Source: Phoronis australis
Lineage: Eukaryota > Animalia > Phoronida
Length of the DNA: 64,000 nt
NCBI GenBank assembly: GCA_002633005.1
Contig: NMRA01000718.1
Span: 120,021 to 184,020, forward strand
Reading direction: 5' to 3'
A model generated the notes under the pieces. The model was not told the DNA's origin. It ran no database searches and saw only the letters and a list, made by a program, of their open reading frames with translations. A program made the position numbers and the translations under genes. Positions 29,323-44,300 of the stretch are shown piece by piece; the stretch's first letter is position 1; each line of letters opens with the position of its first letter.

Positions 29323-32300
29323 GTATATATTATTACATGGCAAAGAAGTTATCCCCCGTTATCTAGAGCCTGAGTGGATCTTGGAGAATTATCACCCGAG
29401 GGGTGGGAAAATATCGTCTGCTAAAGTAGGTTACCACTAGTAACTGACTACAATGCTCAAGTCAAAGGATCCCGACGACACTATACCCGCATTCAAATTG
29501 GAGATCAGTGATTTACAAGTGAGAGAACACGAGAGAAAAATTTCACTGAATTAAACTATCGTTTTTATAGAAATTATGCGTCTTATTTTTCATAGCGTAT
29601 AAATGTCAGTACAATGCCCTTTGCTGATCATGCAAATGTTGCGTGTGCTCATTTAAGTAATTCTATTTTCACGATCGATGACGTCAGCCGTCGAGTGGTG
29701 TAGTGGTAAAGTCGGCGACTCGAAACTCTTGAGGCCCGGGTTCGAAACTCTTGAGGCCCGGGTTCGAAACCGGCCTCGGTTTCCCGCCAAAAGGTCAAGG
29801 TTGTATTTGCCATTCGACGCTAATGTTGTGGTATAATAGCTTGAGAAGAACTGAAAAGCACAGGGTCCTTCAAAAAATCTCATACTATGATTACGTTGCT
29901 CGTAGCAGATCAGTTTCAGTTGAAAATGACGTATGGTCCCCAAGGTAATTTCAAGAAATTTAGTTAATAATCCCAGTCCAAACAAGCATTTGTCACAGAG
30001 TCCCAAAATTGTATCTTGATGCCTCAGTATGTACATGTACATGTTTTATCTGAAAACTGATTTCCTTGCTGTGACCTTGTCAAGGTCATCAGACACGTAG
30101 TACGCCAGGAAATGTCTCACCTACACCAGACTCAACAAGTGCCAGCAGAATTGTTCATTAGGTAATTTAAAAAGGATAGAATGCAGTGATGTTGTATAAT
30201 TATTTTCTAAATGACAACACTAAAGAAAATAATAATCGTGCACTGCCTACTGAAAATCATAAATTCTATAGGGTCCTAGCAATGAGTCAGGAAAATCATC
30301 CACAACTAATATGTCTGAACACTCCAAGGTTTATTACAAAACGCATATCTTAACCTGGATTTAAAAAGACAGTGTTTCCATTGTTTTGCCCTTTTCAATA
30401 ATTAAGTATTTGGCAGAGAACATTTTAACACAATTCAAACAGAAAAGAGACAAAATTTATTTTAACTTGAGTTGACACCCATCCCGTAATAAGTTACGAG
30501 CATTACTAATATATGATAGAAAATTCTTGGCAAAAAAGTTTAAAGATATTCATAGATAGCTCTGCATAGTAGGCTTATGTGGAAAAGGAGATACTTTGAT
30601 TGAAAATGGTCGAGCAACCAAAACATTTTAGAGGGTATTGGCCTTCCATCAGTTGGTATACACTGCAGCCGCTCTGGCCATCTCCCAACTGTCAACTTCT
30701 GTGTTCTCTCCTGGATTAGGAGAATGAAAATTTGACCTGGAAAGCTTGAAATCCATAATTTGCCAAAATCCAATAGTGCCACAGTTTAAATTAACAAATT
30801 AATATTGTCTGTTTGAAAGTCATTATCAAGAAATCATTGCAAATAAAACGCAGTTTTCATATGATAATAGCTGTGTGGATTAGTGTGGATTTCAAGTCCA
30901 CAATACTGTCTTAACAAGGATTTTAACATACTACTTTAACACTACAAGTGAAGCAGGCTACCACTGGACTGCACCACAACTATCATGAATAAATTCTGAA
31001 AATTTCTTGGAGGAGGGCCTGTCAAATACTTTTAACTCCCATAAGCTAGGCATCCCAAGCCAGAAGTGCACTCACTCCAGTATTTGCACATGGCTTTGAG
31101 TCTAAAATCCTGAAAAGATTTCTAATTGTAAAACACAAATGCAGGCCATTTGAGACACAACATGTCAAGGCGTCCTGCTTCCTGATATATATATTGATGC
31201 ATTTACATTGTATAATGAATGGACTGTATGCCGATATTCAGAAGTCATTCTTGCCACTTATAAAGAAACCTTGACCTTTAAATGCATGAAGAAACATTTT
31301 TCTCCGGACGAACAAAACTGTGCACCCAAAATCAACAGATTTTGCAGCATTTCCTGTTTTTGACAAAACATAAATTACATTTTACCCAGTTCAAATGCGG
31401 CTTACAACACATGGACTGCAACAACACACATGACTTATGCAAGGTCAAAGTACCGGTTCGTCATGAAAGCTATTAGTGTTCCATTTACCTGCCCGCTCCT
31501 GCAGGTTATCATCAGACATGTCTTTGGGCTTAGCGCGTTGATGACGTCTCGACATCTGTTTAGGACACCCACTCAAACGTTTCATTTCGGTCTCGAAGGC
31601 CTGTAACGGTTATTTGTTTAAAAGTAACTGAACGAATCATTTAGTCAAAACATGGGATTTGCCTGGATTCGAATTAAAAACAGAATAGAAAAAACCCTTG
31701 TTAAAACATGCAGATTCAATCTAATACTGAGCTCTTACCAGTATGAGCTGACCAGCAAATCTGTTTCACCTGTAGGCCTACACAGACTTTGCAATTTGAT
31801 TTAAAGTAATGAAGTTTAGATTCAATAATTGGGAGAAATATTATTGTTGGCATTACAATTATTGTCAAAAATCTACACTAAACACTCTTTGTTACATGTA
31901 AATACAAGTAGAGACAGTAAAAGAAGGTTGATCTTATAACATATCAGAATCTGATGTCGCAGTCACTTGTGAAACCGGTTTGAAGCGGACATAAAAAGAC
32001 TGATACAAGATTTCAACGACAGTGATTTTCAGAGCGGCAACAGTGTTATTTTGTTCTCCCAAAAGCACCCGAGAGGATTTAACCCTCCCCCGTACATCTG
32101 CCATTGACCTATATGTATACTCAAATATAGTTTGCTCGTCCAACTACACTCAAAACAAAATACAACAAACCTGACATGTTGGCACATCCTTGTCATAAAC
32201 GACAACACGTATGTCCTTAAGGTGGCCAGGGGAAAGTTCACTGAACTTAGCAAATTCTTCAAACATCACACGTGCAACAAAATCACGTTGATAACCAAGA

Positions 32301-35300
32301 TTCCCAGTACCAATTGCCGGAAATGCAATAGAGTTCAACTGTTCTTGGTCGGCCTTCTTCAAACATGCACGAATTGTTTGACGTAGAATCTTGAAAGAGG
32401 TAATAAACGAACTACATGTATACTTTAAAAACAAGATGGATAATAAATTATGAACTTAATACAAGCAGTAGTTCAATTGTTTTATCACAGAAATCTGGAA
32501 TGCCAACATCAATCTCGTGCTGCAGAGGTTGCGTCGCACATGTGTGGCATTTGTTTGCTTTCATTAATTTTGTTCTGGTGTTAATCCTTAGGCATCAAAT
32601 TACTGTCACTAGTAAACTACGCCGTTTTTCAACCAAGAGTCCTATCATTAGAAAGACCTTCGCCAGTTCTTGATGGTGAATGATTATACAGTACAGCCAC
32701 TGAATTATTAGACTCTCTCCGGTGTCTCTCCGGTCTAGCCACCCGTGACCGTAACCGGAGACAGACCTGAGAGTGAGACGGGAATCAACCGTGACAGCTG
32801 GCGTGAGCCTAAGCGTGACTGTACCCGGAGCTTACCGTGAGTTAGGCGTGAACGAAGCGCGAGCCAGCCGTGAGCCAGGCGTGAGTTTGCCTGCATCGCA
32901 GATGAAAAAGTAATTTATTAAAATTATTCAGTAACTAGCAGTGATGTGTGTATTCTCATAGACTTTTGCTCATGTGAGGTTTATTTTTTTAAATCCTCAC
33001 GTTCAGCAAAAGACCAAAATTTCCTTTTCAAATCATAAGTCACTTCAGGAAACAGACCTGTGGACTCTACTTTCCACTTATATATAATTATTTGTTTTTT
33101 ATATAAACTAATAAAGAATCTTAACACGCGTGTACATGGTGGAAATATTCAATTGCCTTCACGATATGAAGGAGCACAACATGTCAATTCTGAGCACACT
33201 GATCCCAAGTTCCGGCTTCATGCGGAGAAAAATGATCGTGCCCATGCATTTGACGAGTCAAACAGATCACTGCTATTACTATTTTAGTGAAGAAGTACCC
33301 CGGGGATACTGTGAACTCAGTCGAAACTCATGCACTACGGGGAGGGGGCTACAAATAATTAAACTGCACTATGGATTGAGGACTTTTTAGTCAAAACATT
33401 TGCTTGCAGTAAGGGATGGGTATGTCAGAATGGCGGCCTATTGAAATTTTCTGTACACCAGTGCGGTGCAAAAATTTACGGAGTGACACAATACTTCAGA
33501 AGATGCGTAGGCTATTTTTAGGGCAAATTAACTATATCCAGCTGTGACAAGTTTCAAGGAGTCCAGAGCGATGTAAAGACGGACTGTGGACGTAGGGTCG
33601 CGTATATTCGTACTTACTAACCGTGGTTACTGTACATGTATGTTGATGATGGGACTGACTCTTAAGTCGTGAATAGAAAATGTACATGTAACCGTAACAC
33701 AAGATGAGCTGAAGGAAGACGTTTGTATGAACAACACGTGGAATTACAAAGTTAGTCGGAACCAAAGTGTGATAGAAGAACTAGCTAAACCGGAGGTAAG
33801 CGTCAGGACTACCCGGAGAGTAGGCGTGAGGCGACCGTGACTTATTTCTGTCACGCCTGCGTTCCGGTTGCGCTCGTCTGGCCAGGTGTGAGGTAGCCCG
33901 GACGAAGTCTAAAAATTCAGTGGCTGTACTGTAGCAGAAGCAAACAATAAATAACTTAATTCATAAATAATCAACATAAATATGTACATATGCCAGTACA
34001 TACACTCAGGCTGATATGAATTACGGCCTGGCAATATATTTACATAATTGGGTATTGCTCACAGCTGTCTTACTCTGGTCTTGCACTCTCTTTCATCCTT
34101 GTAAAAGCTGCTCAGAAGGACCAGTGAAGAAAACGACCGCATATCTTAAGAAATGCGGGTTCCTTGTAAGCGTATTATTCACAGTATGTGGCAAACAGAA
34201 AGCAACTCGTGTGAATCCGACCATTATTTGGTTGTCGCCAAATCAATTTCATAAGAACACTAACAGAGAACAGCCCTCCCGGTGACTTGCAAACATTTCA
34301 CATGAGCATAGGATCATGCAGAATGAATCTTTGATGCATTTCATTGGCTGATATGCTCATCTCTCTTGTAAATTTTCGGATGCGCCACATAAAGTTTCAG
34401 ACCACGGCATCAGAAACAAAGCACCAGTGGTGATTCTGAGAACAGAAGGAGTTTGCATGCACTTAGAGTTATCTATCCTTTAATCTTTAAAAACTTTGAT
34501 GACAGTCACAATCCTAGAACATGAGCAACGCAGAGTGTTGAAATGTGCCCACGAATGCATCGCAAATGGTGTGCTTTTAGGGTTGCTTATTTATGTCATA
34601 AAAATGGCCACAAGATGGTGCAAAAACATACAATCCATCCGAAAACGGGAACATGTCATTGCTTCTTTAACAGAAAGAGATACACCAATTTCATAGAAAT
34701 CCTTCAGGGAACTTCAGAGAGACAAAGGAAAACAGAAATTGCCACAGTGTTCATTAGATCCACCTGAAAGTCGCCTTAAATGTCTGTTGTTAGCTTCAAA
34801 TACACTTACTAAATCAAATAAAGATCCTGCAGTTGGTTTAGGAGATAGAGCGATGGGCGCAAAACAAAACAAAACTACCACTAGGTGGAACCAGAGTAGT
34901 CAAAGTCGTCATCATCAACCATCCCCTTCACACTGAGCACATATACGCCAATTTTCAAAACCATCCTTAGAATGATTTGGTTGACAGAGAGGAAGACACC
35001 AAAAATGGCCACTAGCTGGGGCTAAGTACCGTGATTCCATCCGAAAATGAGAGGATGACGTCATCTCATCAATAGATGCCTGTATTCAAAATTTTATGAA
35101 AATCTGTTGAAGACCTTTGAAGAGGTAAACCGTAAAACTAAAATTGCCACCAGAGTGCACAGCAGTAGTCAGATCCATCCCAAAATCACCGTCATCCGTT
35201 GTCAACATCATATAAACACACGTCTTAAATTTAGTAAAGATCCTGCAAACGGTTTAGGAGATACAGCAATGGGCACAAAAGAACTGTCACTAGGAGTCGA

Positions 35301-38300
35301 CACAGTAGTCGAAGTCATCGGAAAAACTCCCCAGCCGTCCACTTCATAGTAAAAACATACATGCCAATTTTCACAATTATCATGAAAGTGTTTTGTAGAT
35401 AGTGGGGTGGATGCCAAAAAGAGACTTTAAAACAGTAAAAATGGCCACTAGGTGGCCCAAACTAGGCCGAATCCATTTGAAAGATCACGTCAGCTCACTA
35501 ACAGAAGTCTGTACGCCAAATTTAATGAAATTACGTTGAGAACCTTTGAAGATACAGACTCTGAGGTAAACGTAAAAAAATAAAATTGCCACCAGGTGGC
35601 ACACCAATTGTCAGATCATTCTGAAAGTCACCGTCGTCCATTGTCAACATCACATAAATGCACTTACTAAATTTAGTAAAAATGCTGAAAAAGGTTTAGG
35701 AGATATAGCCATAGGCGCAAAAAAACTGCCACTAGGAGGCGCAACAGTAGTTGAAGTTTTCAGAAAATCATTGTGAACCCTCTTCTTCATAGTAAGAACA
35801 TACATGTTAATTTTCACAATCATGCTTAAAGCGGTTTGGTTGATAGAGGGGTGGACGTCAAAAAAACAGACTCGAAAACAGTAAAATTGGCCACTAGGTG
35901 GTGCAAACTACTTTGAATCCATCCGAAAACGAGAGGATACTGTCGCCTCACTAATAGATGCCTAAATACCAAATTATATGAATATACGTTGAGGACCTTT
36001 GAAGATACAGAGGTAAACGTAAAAAAAATAAATTGCCACTAAGGGGCACACCGGTAGTCGAATCCATCCGAAATTTCGCTCATGCCATCCCAACTATAAA
36101 AGGAACACATGTACAAAATTTCATGAACATGTGTCAATTGGTTTTGGAGATAGAGCAGCAGACGCCGTACAGAGGCCCCCAGATGGACAGACGCAGATGG
36201 CATAATGCGTCCACATTATTATAAATATGTGGGCGCATAAAAACTGTGGATACTTTTCAACGAATATTTTCTCCTTAATTTACATGCTAAGCAAATCAAA
36301 AGCACATGTCAATTAGAGAGCACTGATTTAACTTTCACAACAGCAGCTACAGTAGCACTGAGCTCCAGAGCTTTTCTCCGAATGGCGGTAGTGAAGAACA
36401 GTAACGTCATGTATGCATGTAATAACTCAATTTTGCAACTTAAAATTTGTGAGGATTTAGCACCACAGGTAACAAACAGCCCATTAATTTTAAGAATTTT
36501 CTCGATGATCTAAAAATCAAATTTGGGGGACAAAAATGACGGGAAAATTGTCTGGAATTCATGAATGGGAGCTGGATTTTGAAAATGCGACATGGGATTT
36601 TGGCTACTGGCTCATAAAATGTGACCTGGTGATTTTCATAGCATCGAGCCCAGATAATTGTCGAGTTTGCTCACCAATTTTGCCAGGAAATCACTGATTG
36701 TCTGGAACCGTAGCTCAAGACTCTTCATTGATGAACAAAAATATCAAAATGAAAATGAAGCAATGAAATTAGGCTTCATTTGATAATTGCACTCGATAAT
36801 AACTCAGTCAAGCCGGAAATTCAGTGCAAACTCTCACAGCAAGTCTTGTAGCCACAAGCTCTGAAAATACAATACATTGGTCACGTGTGGGAGTAGACCT
36901 TTAAGGGCTAGGGTTCTATGGTTTTATTCATATTACGTAACAATAGTGCTTATAGAAAACTTATATTGATGAACACCCCAAAAATTCAAGAAAGTCATGA
37001 GGTTCTTGTGGAATGGGGCCCGCTTTCACATTTTTATTTACGACACCATTGATATACAGAGACAAGTAAACTTGGAATCTTTCTAATGAGAAATTCAAGA
37101 ACATCTGCTAGTTCTTACAGACTTACACGTTCTGCGTCCGCATCTCCAGATGATCTAGCAGCTATATAGTACACCTTTTGGCAATTCAAGTTGAATCCCT
37201 GAGTGTCCAGTACTTCCCCGTATTTGATACCATTAGGGTAGTGGGTGCTACACTCCACTTGCAACTGTTGCCCAGCTTTTTTGAGCAGAGACTTTGAGAC
37301 AGCACCTTGACAGAGATCTAAGTCGGTTCCCACTGTGTTGACTAACACTGCAGCCTGCAATAAGAGAATTCTAAACAATACCCCAAGGCATTTAGATACA
37401 GTCAATTGCATCAAAAACCTAAAAATTGTGGAATAATTATAGTTTTGTGCGATTAACTAGGTAAATTAAATAGAACCCGAGGAAATTTGATTAAGTTCAA
37501 AATGATCTACAATAACAACAAAAATTGTACTATAACCAAAAATGACAATAAAATGGTTGCCCCCATCTATATAAGAATGCCAAGCATGGTGTGCATCTAG
37601 TACAAAACTGGAATCTCGTGAAAACAACAGACATTAAGCACAATATCTACTTACAGAGTAATTTCAATCTACTTCAAGTGAATAAAACACTGTTCAACTC
37701 CAAGTGGATTACGCAACACTGATTCATCAGACCACCATGCTTTGTCGACTCCCAGGGACCATCAGAACAGGTAGTAGATGGCATAAATGATGTCACTCAG
37801 CAAAAAGCTTTACAACAAAATTCAATGCATAGAAGCATATAAGCTACAAGTACCTTCTCATTGGCAATTTGGCTTTTTTTCATCTTGATAACTACACCTG
37901 AATGTGTTGTCAATTCATTGGGTTTGACCTGCTTGAACACACTCGCCTCAGATGACACTGCACCAGTTTCTGGTAATTCAAAAAATCGACACATGAGTCA
38001 CATCATTCGAACTTAAAAAAATACAATTATAATTCAACTCTCAAAAGACATTATTTATTTGACAGCAAAATGTATGAAGAAAGTCGAGCTTACCATTTGG
38101 TAAAGGAGTGATGACACTGCTTTTGGAGCTGCTATTTGATACCATTGTGACCTGTCCGACTTCAGAGGTGACAGCTTTGCAAAATTCTTCAACTGTTTTG
38201 ATTTGATTGTCAACCAAATGTATTTCTCTGATGCAAGACTTTGGATTAGATGTAAAATAGTCAACGGCAGCTTTGACGATCGTCAGGGTCGACACATCCA

Positions 38301-41300
38301 GAGGGACACCAAAAATACCGGAACCAACTGCTGGAATGGCCAAGGTTGCGAAGCCTCTCATTTCGGTCTGTTCTAGAGCACTTGAAATTCCTTCAAACAA
38401 GTAATTCTCCTCATTCTTTTTTCCCCCACTCCATGACGGTCCTACAACGTGGACAATGTTTCGGCAAGGAAGCTTTCCTCCTCCTGTGGTAGCTACCTTA
38501 CCAGTTAACAATGTTCCTCTCTGTTCAACCCATCTGTTACATTCATCTTGTATATCATTTCCGCCTAAAATACAAAATGAAGTGAAGCTGCACAAATCGA
38601 CAACCTTCAGTCTATTTACATTTCGCATAAACGAATATGGCAAAGGGTTTCCTCGGTCTACATAAATGTGCTTAGAATGCATTAAATTCCAAGATCGATT
38701 TCCAAGGATACAAATGACCACTAGCTAATAACTGAGTATTTATCACAAACAAAATAAAAAATTATGACAAAAAAATTCAGCTTTGTTTGACAAGACAGCA
38801 ATGAAATCGAGATCATACTGAAATTGCACAAGAATAGCAAGAAAACGTTTCTGAGCAGTGAGTAAATTTAAATGCACCTCGATTTACTGTTATGGATCTC
38901 GTATCAAATTGTTCCTAACTCAAAATAAGCATAGTTGCAGGGCTTAAAAGAACTGACATCTTGTTATTGCTTAAGATGGTGCTATTAGTCTTGTCTGTAA
39001 AGCAAGTCATTTTATTTGGTCTCAAGCAATAAAGAGCAGTTGTTTTTCCATGACCAAACTTTATTGCTACTAACAAGTAGAAAGCAATTTATAGTGGAAA
39101 TTGGTCTCAATCACTTGTTGCTTTGTCAAAAAAACACAACTTCATTGATGCCTTAGATGTTCAAAAACTTCATAAACAAGAAGGTATATAAGCACCTTGT
39201 TTTACAAGAGCTGCAGCGAGACCTCCTGTGTTCTTGAGTTCACCGTTGGCAGCATTAACAATAACGTCGGCCTTGTGTTTTGTTAGATCTCCTTGAATAA
39301 TTTTATACATCCTTCCGTGGCTTTGAACTTCAAAGGCAGCTTGAGCACTTATGTCCTCTACCATGACAAATCCTGTTTCTTCTTCATCATTACTTACGTT
39401 TTCTTGACAGATCTCAATCACACATTGATTTCTTCTCTCCACATTATCCATGAAAAGTTGCCCTCGACTCTGACTGAAGAATTCTGCCATTCCTGGTTCT
39501 GTTACATCATGAGTTTGGGACACAATTTGAGACAAAATGTCTTGCATTTTTCTTTTTGTAAATTGTAATCCCACTTTCGTTCCTTGGATGACAAAGTCAG
39601 CACCTTTCACTCTAATGTCCACATGGTGCTGTTTGAACAAATTTTTGATTTTTTCTATTTCTGTTGTTTTGTACTCGCGCATAAATCGAAAGTGGCTGGC
39701 ACTGAGAGTAAACTTTTGCTGATAAATTGTGTTTTTCTCAATAAAATCTTGTGTAACTTCTCGAACATTGGCAATAACATGACCGGTTCCAACAACAACA
39801 AGCTGAGTAAGATTAAAATCTTCAATTATTTCCAAACACCCCTTGTACTGTGCTAGTAAAGAAGATTTAACTTGATGCCAACTAGAATCTTTGAGAACAA
39901 TTTGTGATTCTTTTGAAACCGGTATTCGAATTTCACTGAGCTCTTGACTCACAATCTGTGCAGCTTTTTTGACACTTTCTTCAGTCCCTGAGTACACTTT
40001 GATGGTTTTATTTGTAGTACTCATGGCAGCAGGGAGGTTTCCTGCGTGGAATTTTGAGTAAATGTATTCACAACATTCCGAATTTTGTAGCAGATGAATA
40101 ATGGCCGGAGTGGAACCAACAGTTTCCGACTCCATCTTGCGAAGAACTTCATACATATGATTTTTTGCTTGATTTACTTCAAGTGGTATTCCACTAAAGC
40201 GAATTTCACCATTTGGTAAGTCTATTTCGCATTTAGAACCAGATTTTGAAAATTCACTTTCCTGCAAAAAACGTAGCTCATGGAATTGTAGTGATGTTAC
40301 AGTTTCAGTTACTTGCTGTTTTTTCTTGTTGAACACTTCTTCAGAATCCTTTTTGTCTTTATGGATTTTTGCTACCATAGTATCAACAGATTTCTTAAGT
40401 CCAGTAACTTTAATTGCGTGTTGTTTGTCACTTGTTTCAATGAGGACTTCTTGGTATCCATCCACGTTGTCAGGAAGTGATTGCAAAACATCATTCCAAA
40501 TGTCTTGCAAAACGGGAATGCTTTCAGTGCTGTAGTCAGCAACAAACTTTCCAAGAGATGTCTTGACAATATCTTCCCAAGGAGTTGATAAGGCTCTAAG
40601 TTCAACAGGATTTGAGAGCATACATGTCACAACAAAACTATCCATGGTACATAACTCCCAATTTAGCTTCCCATGCTGTTTTCTTAAGTGATTTTCTAAT
40701 AATTGGCGAAAATCTAAATTCAAGCAAATGAATTTGACAACATCTTTATCAAAAGGACCCACAAGTATGTCATTGGGTTTACTGACAGGTGGTAATGATG
40801 CATCAACATCTGGATGTTGGAAACCGAGTTGTTCATAATATTCCGCCACTTTAATACAATGCCCGTTTATTTCATGCTTCTTCCTTTGAATAACTTCTCC
40901 AACAACTACAAAAGAAAAAAAACTGCTATGCACGTTTTATAACTTTGACTTCAGAATTTATACAATCTTCAAATTTCAGAGTTTACATTTCCCAATAGCA
41001 AACAACTTTTTTATCGTCACATTGCTTCTGCAGACAGATATGAGCATTAATGCAGAATGCACAAATTCTAATGTAATCTGGCAACTTGGACTAACCATCA
41101 CCACGTAACCTGGGAAAATTACAAAGTAGTAAAAATCATCCACTCCTAAAAACGATGCAGGTGGTTTGATACACGTTGCAGCAGTCCTGCACAGGCCGCT
41201 CAGCCAGGCACTTTTGCATCAAACACCTGAAACCCTCTTTCGTTTGACTAATATACTGAATAATTATATAAATAACAGAGGTAGACATAAAAACAAATTT

Positions 41301-44300
41301 AGACAAGCTGATGAGCTACTAACATAGCTGACTCAAGGGTCGTAAGCAGTGAGGTCCACTGAGATTTGAACCCATGACCTCGAGAACAGGAGGCGAGCAC
41401 TTAACTCAGTAGGACACAAGTATACTCTTCGTCCTCGTATCCACTCTTAGTCATCAGATACAAAACCCAGTCAACACCAAAAATGAGTAACAGTTGCTGG
41501 AGACCACAATATGCATAAATGCTTGACAAGCAGTCAACTCACAAGCTTTTAAATCATCAGTTGCAAAGGTGTCATAATTTAATCTTGGAATTAAATCAGA
41601 AAAAAATAGCCTTACTGAAATTTACGCGTCTTGGAAGTTTACGAAATCCTAAAGGAAATGCAGTGCTGACAAACTTAATACCTCTGAGCACCAGTACCAT
41701 CTAAGTGGTTCATTACACACCTGTATAATCAGCAAAGGTAATCACTGCCACCTTCCCATTTTGATGTAAAACGACATTTTCAACCTCTTCTCCTCCACTT
41801 TTCCGTGTGTTTTCAAAGTAATTCTCCAGAGTGTCACCTGTACAGTTGGGGGGAAGGTCGTGAACTTGAATTGAGTCCGTCCGATAAACAGGCTCAACCT
41901 GGAGATACACATTTTCCAATGGCTTTTTCTTGGTGGCTTCTTGTAGCTTTTTGATGTCTAAATGAAAGGTAAACATCTTAAATATGATTCGGTTTTTGCT
42001 GTATTCATTGTTGATGGACATACGGGTACTTACTGCAAGTCTGACAGAAATGCAAATCGAACGAGTGTGGATGAGTTTATGGAAGTCCTTTCCCATACCC
42101 TTTCTTCTACTCCTTTTATATCATTAGGTTAAATTCACGCTTAAATGATCTGCTTTTTCTTTGAAGGAATGTCTGTTTCCCACCACACCATCAAAATGTC
42201 CCACATTGCATGGCAAAGTAGACTTATTGTGATTATTATTGTTAATACCACATTTGACAAAAATTCAAACAAGAGCAGCACCGAGCCTTGAAATGCACCC
42301 ACGAATACACTGCAAACTGTGTTCTTCCAGGGTGTTTAATTGCATCACAAAAATAGCCATGCACTGGATTGAGCACAATATTCTGAATCCATCAAAATAA
42401 CAGGACAATGTCACCGTTATTAAACAGAAAGCTATTTACCACATTTAATGAAAATCCATCAAGGAACTTAAAGTTTAGAGAAACAGACTGAGCAAAATAG
42501 AAACAAGAGCAACGTGGAGCGTTGAAATGCGCCCACAAATGCATTGCAAATGGTGTGCTTTTAGGGTTATTTATTTGTATCATAAAAATGGCCACTAGAT
42601 GGCGCAAAAATATACAGTCCATTCAAAAACGGGAACATGCCATATGTCATAAAAATCTGTCAAGGAACTTAAGAGAAACAAAGGAAAACAGAATAAAATG
42701 AAGTTGCCACTAGTGGGCACAGCGTCCATTGGATCCGCCTGAAAATCGTCGCCGTCTGTTGTTATCTTCATATAAAAACTACACATACTAAATTTAGTAA
42801 AGATCCTGCTATGGGTTTAGGATATACAACTATGGGCGTGAAACAAAACTACTAGGAGGCGCCACAGTAGTCAGTCACCACCATCAAAGGTCATCTTCAC
42901 ACTGAGAACATATATGCCAATTTTCAAATGATTTGGTTAATACAGGGATGGACACCAAAACAAACGGCAAAAAATGGCCACTAGGTGGTGCAAAATACCT
43001 CGATTCCATCCAAAAATAGGAAGATAGCGTCATTACACCAACAAATGCCTATATTTAAAATTTTATGAAAATCTGTTGAGGACCTTTGAAGATACCGACT
43101 AGAGTTAAATGTAAAAAAATTAAAATTGCCAGAAGGGGGCACAGAAGTAGTCAAATCTGTCCGAAAGTCGTCGTCATCCGTAGTCAACATCATATAAATA
43201 CACTTGCTAAATTATGTAAAGATCCTGCGAACGATTTAGGAGATACTGCACTAGGCGCAACAAAAACAAAACTGCCACCAGGAGGCGCCACAGTAGTCGA
43301 AATTGTCGGAAAACCATCGTCAATCGTCTTTTTCATGGTAAGCACATACATGCCAATTTTCACAATCATCCTTTGAGCGGTTTGGTTGATAGAGGGGTGG
43401 ACGCAAAAAAAACAGACTCGAAAACAGTAAAAATGGCCACTAGGTGTCGCAAACTACGTCGCATCCATCCCAAAACGGGAGGATAGCGTCATCTCACTAT
43501 TAGCTGCCTACATACCAAATTTCATGAAAATTCGTTCAGGACTTCTGAATATACAAAGGTAAGCATAAAAAACTAAAATTGCCACTAGGGGCACACCGGT
43601 AGTCAGATCCGTCCGAAAGTTCGCTCATGCCATCCCATTCATGAATGGAACATATGTGCCAAATTTCATGAACGTAAGTCGAAGGATTTTGGACATAGAG
43701 CAGCAGACGCCGGACCCCGGATGGACGCCGCCCAGAGGGACGGACGGACGGAGATGACGGCATAATGCGTCCACACATAAATATGTGGACGCATCAAAAT
43801 GAAATTGCCTCTAGGGGGCAAAGCATTCGTCAGATCCATCTCAAAGATGTCGTCTTCCGTTGGCAACTTCATATTATGCATATACTTATTATAAATCTAA
43901 GTGCGCAAAAAACAAAACTGCCACTAGGAGGTGCCACAGCAAATGAAGTCGGAAAATCACCATCAACCGTCCTCTTCACACTAAGAACATATAAGCCAAT
44001 TTTCCCAATCATCCTAAGAGTGGTTTGGTTGAGAGATGGGGGAGGCCAAAAACAGACAAGAAAACAGTAAAAAAGGCCACTAGATGGCGCAAAACATGTT
44101 GAATCCGTCTGAAAACTAGAAAATATCACCGTTTCTTTAAAAGAAGCTATTTACCATATTTCATGAAAATTCGACGAGGAACTTCAGAGAAACAGGAAAA
44201 CCGAAAAAAAAAGGGAATTGCCACTGGGGGGCACAGTGTTCCTTGGATCTGTCTGAAAGTCATCGTCTTCCGTTGTTAACTTCATATATATATGTGCTAA

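Noticed and set aside
41308-41345. CTGATGA plus short stem suggesting a hammerhead ribozyme (similar cases at 14344 and about 50662)
   Set aside because: The required GAAA core after stem II and closing stems I/III are absent.
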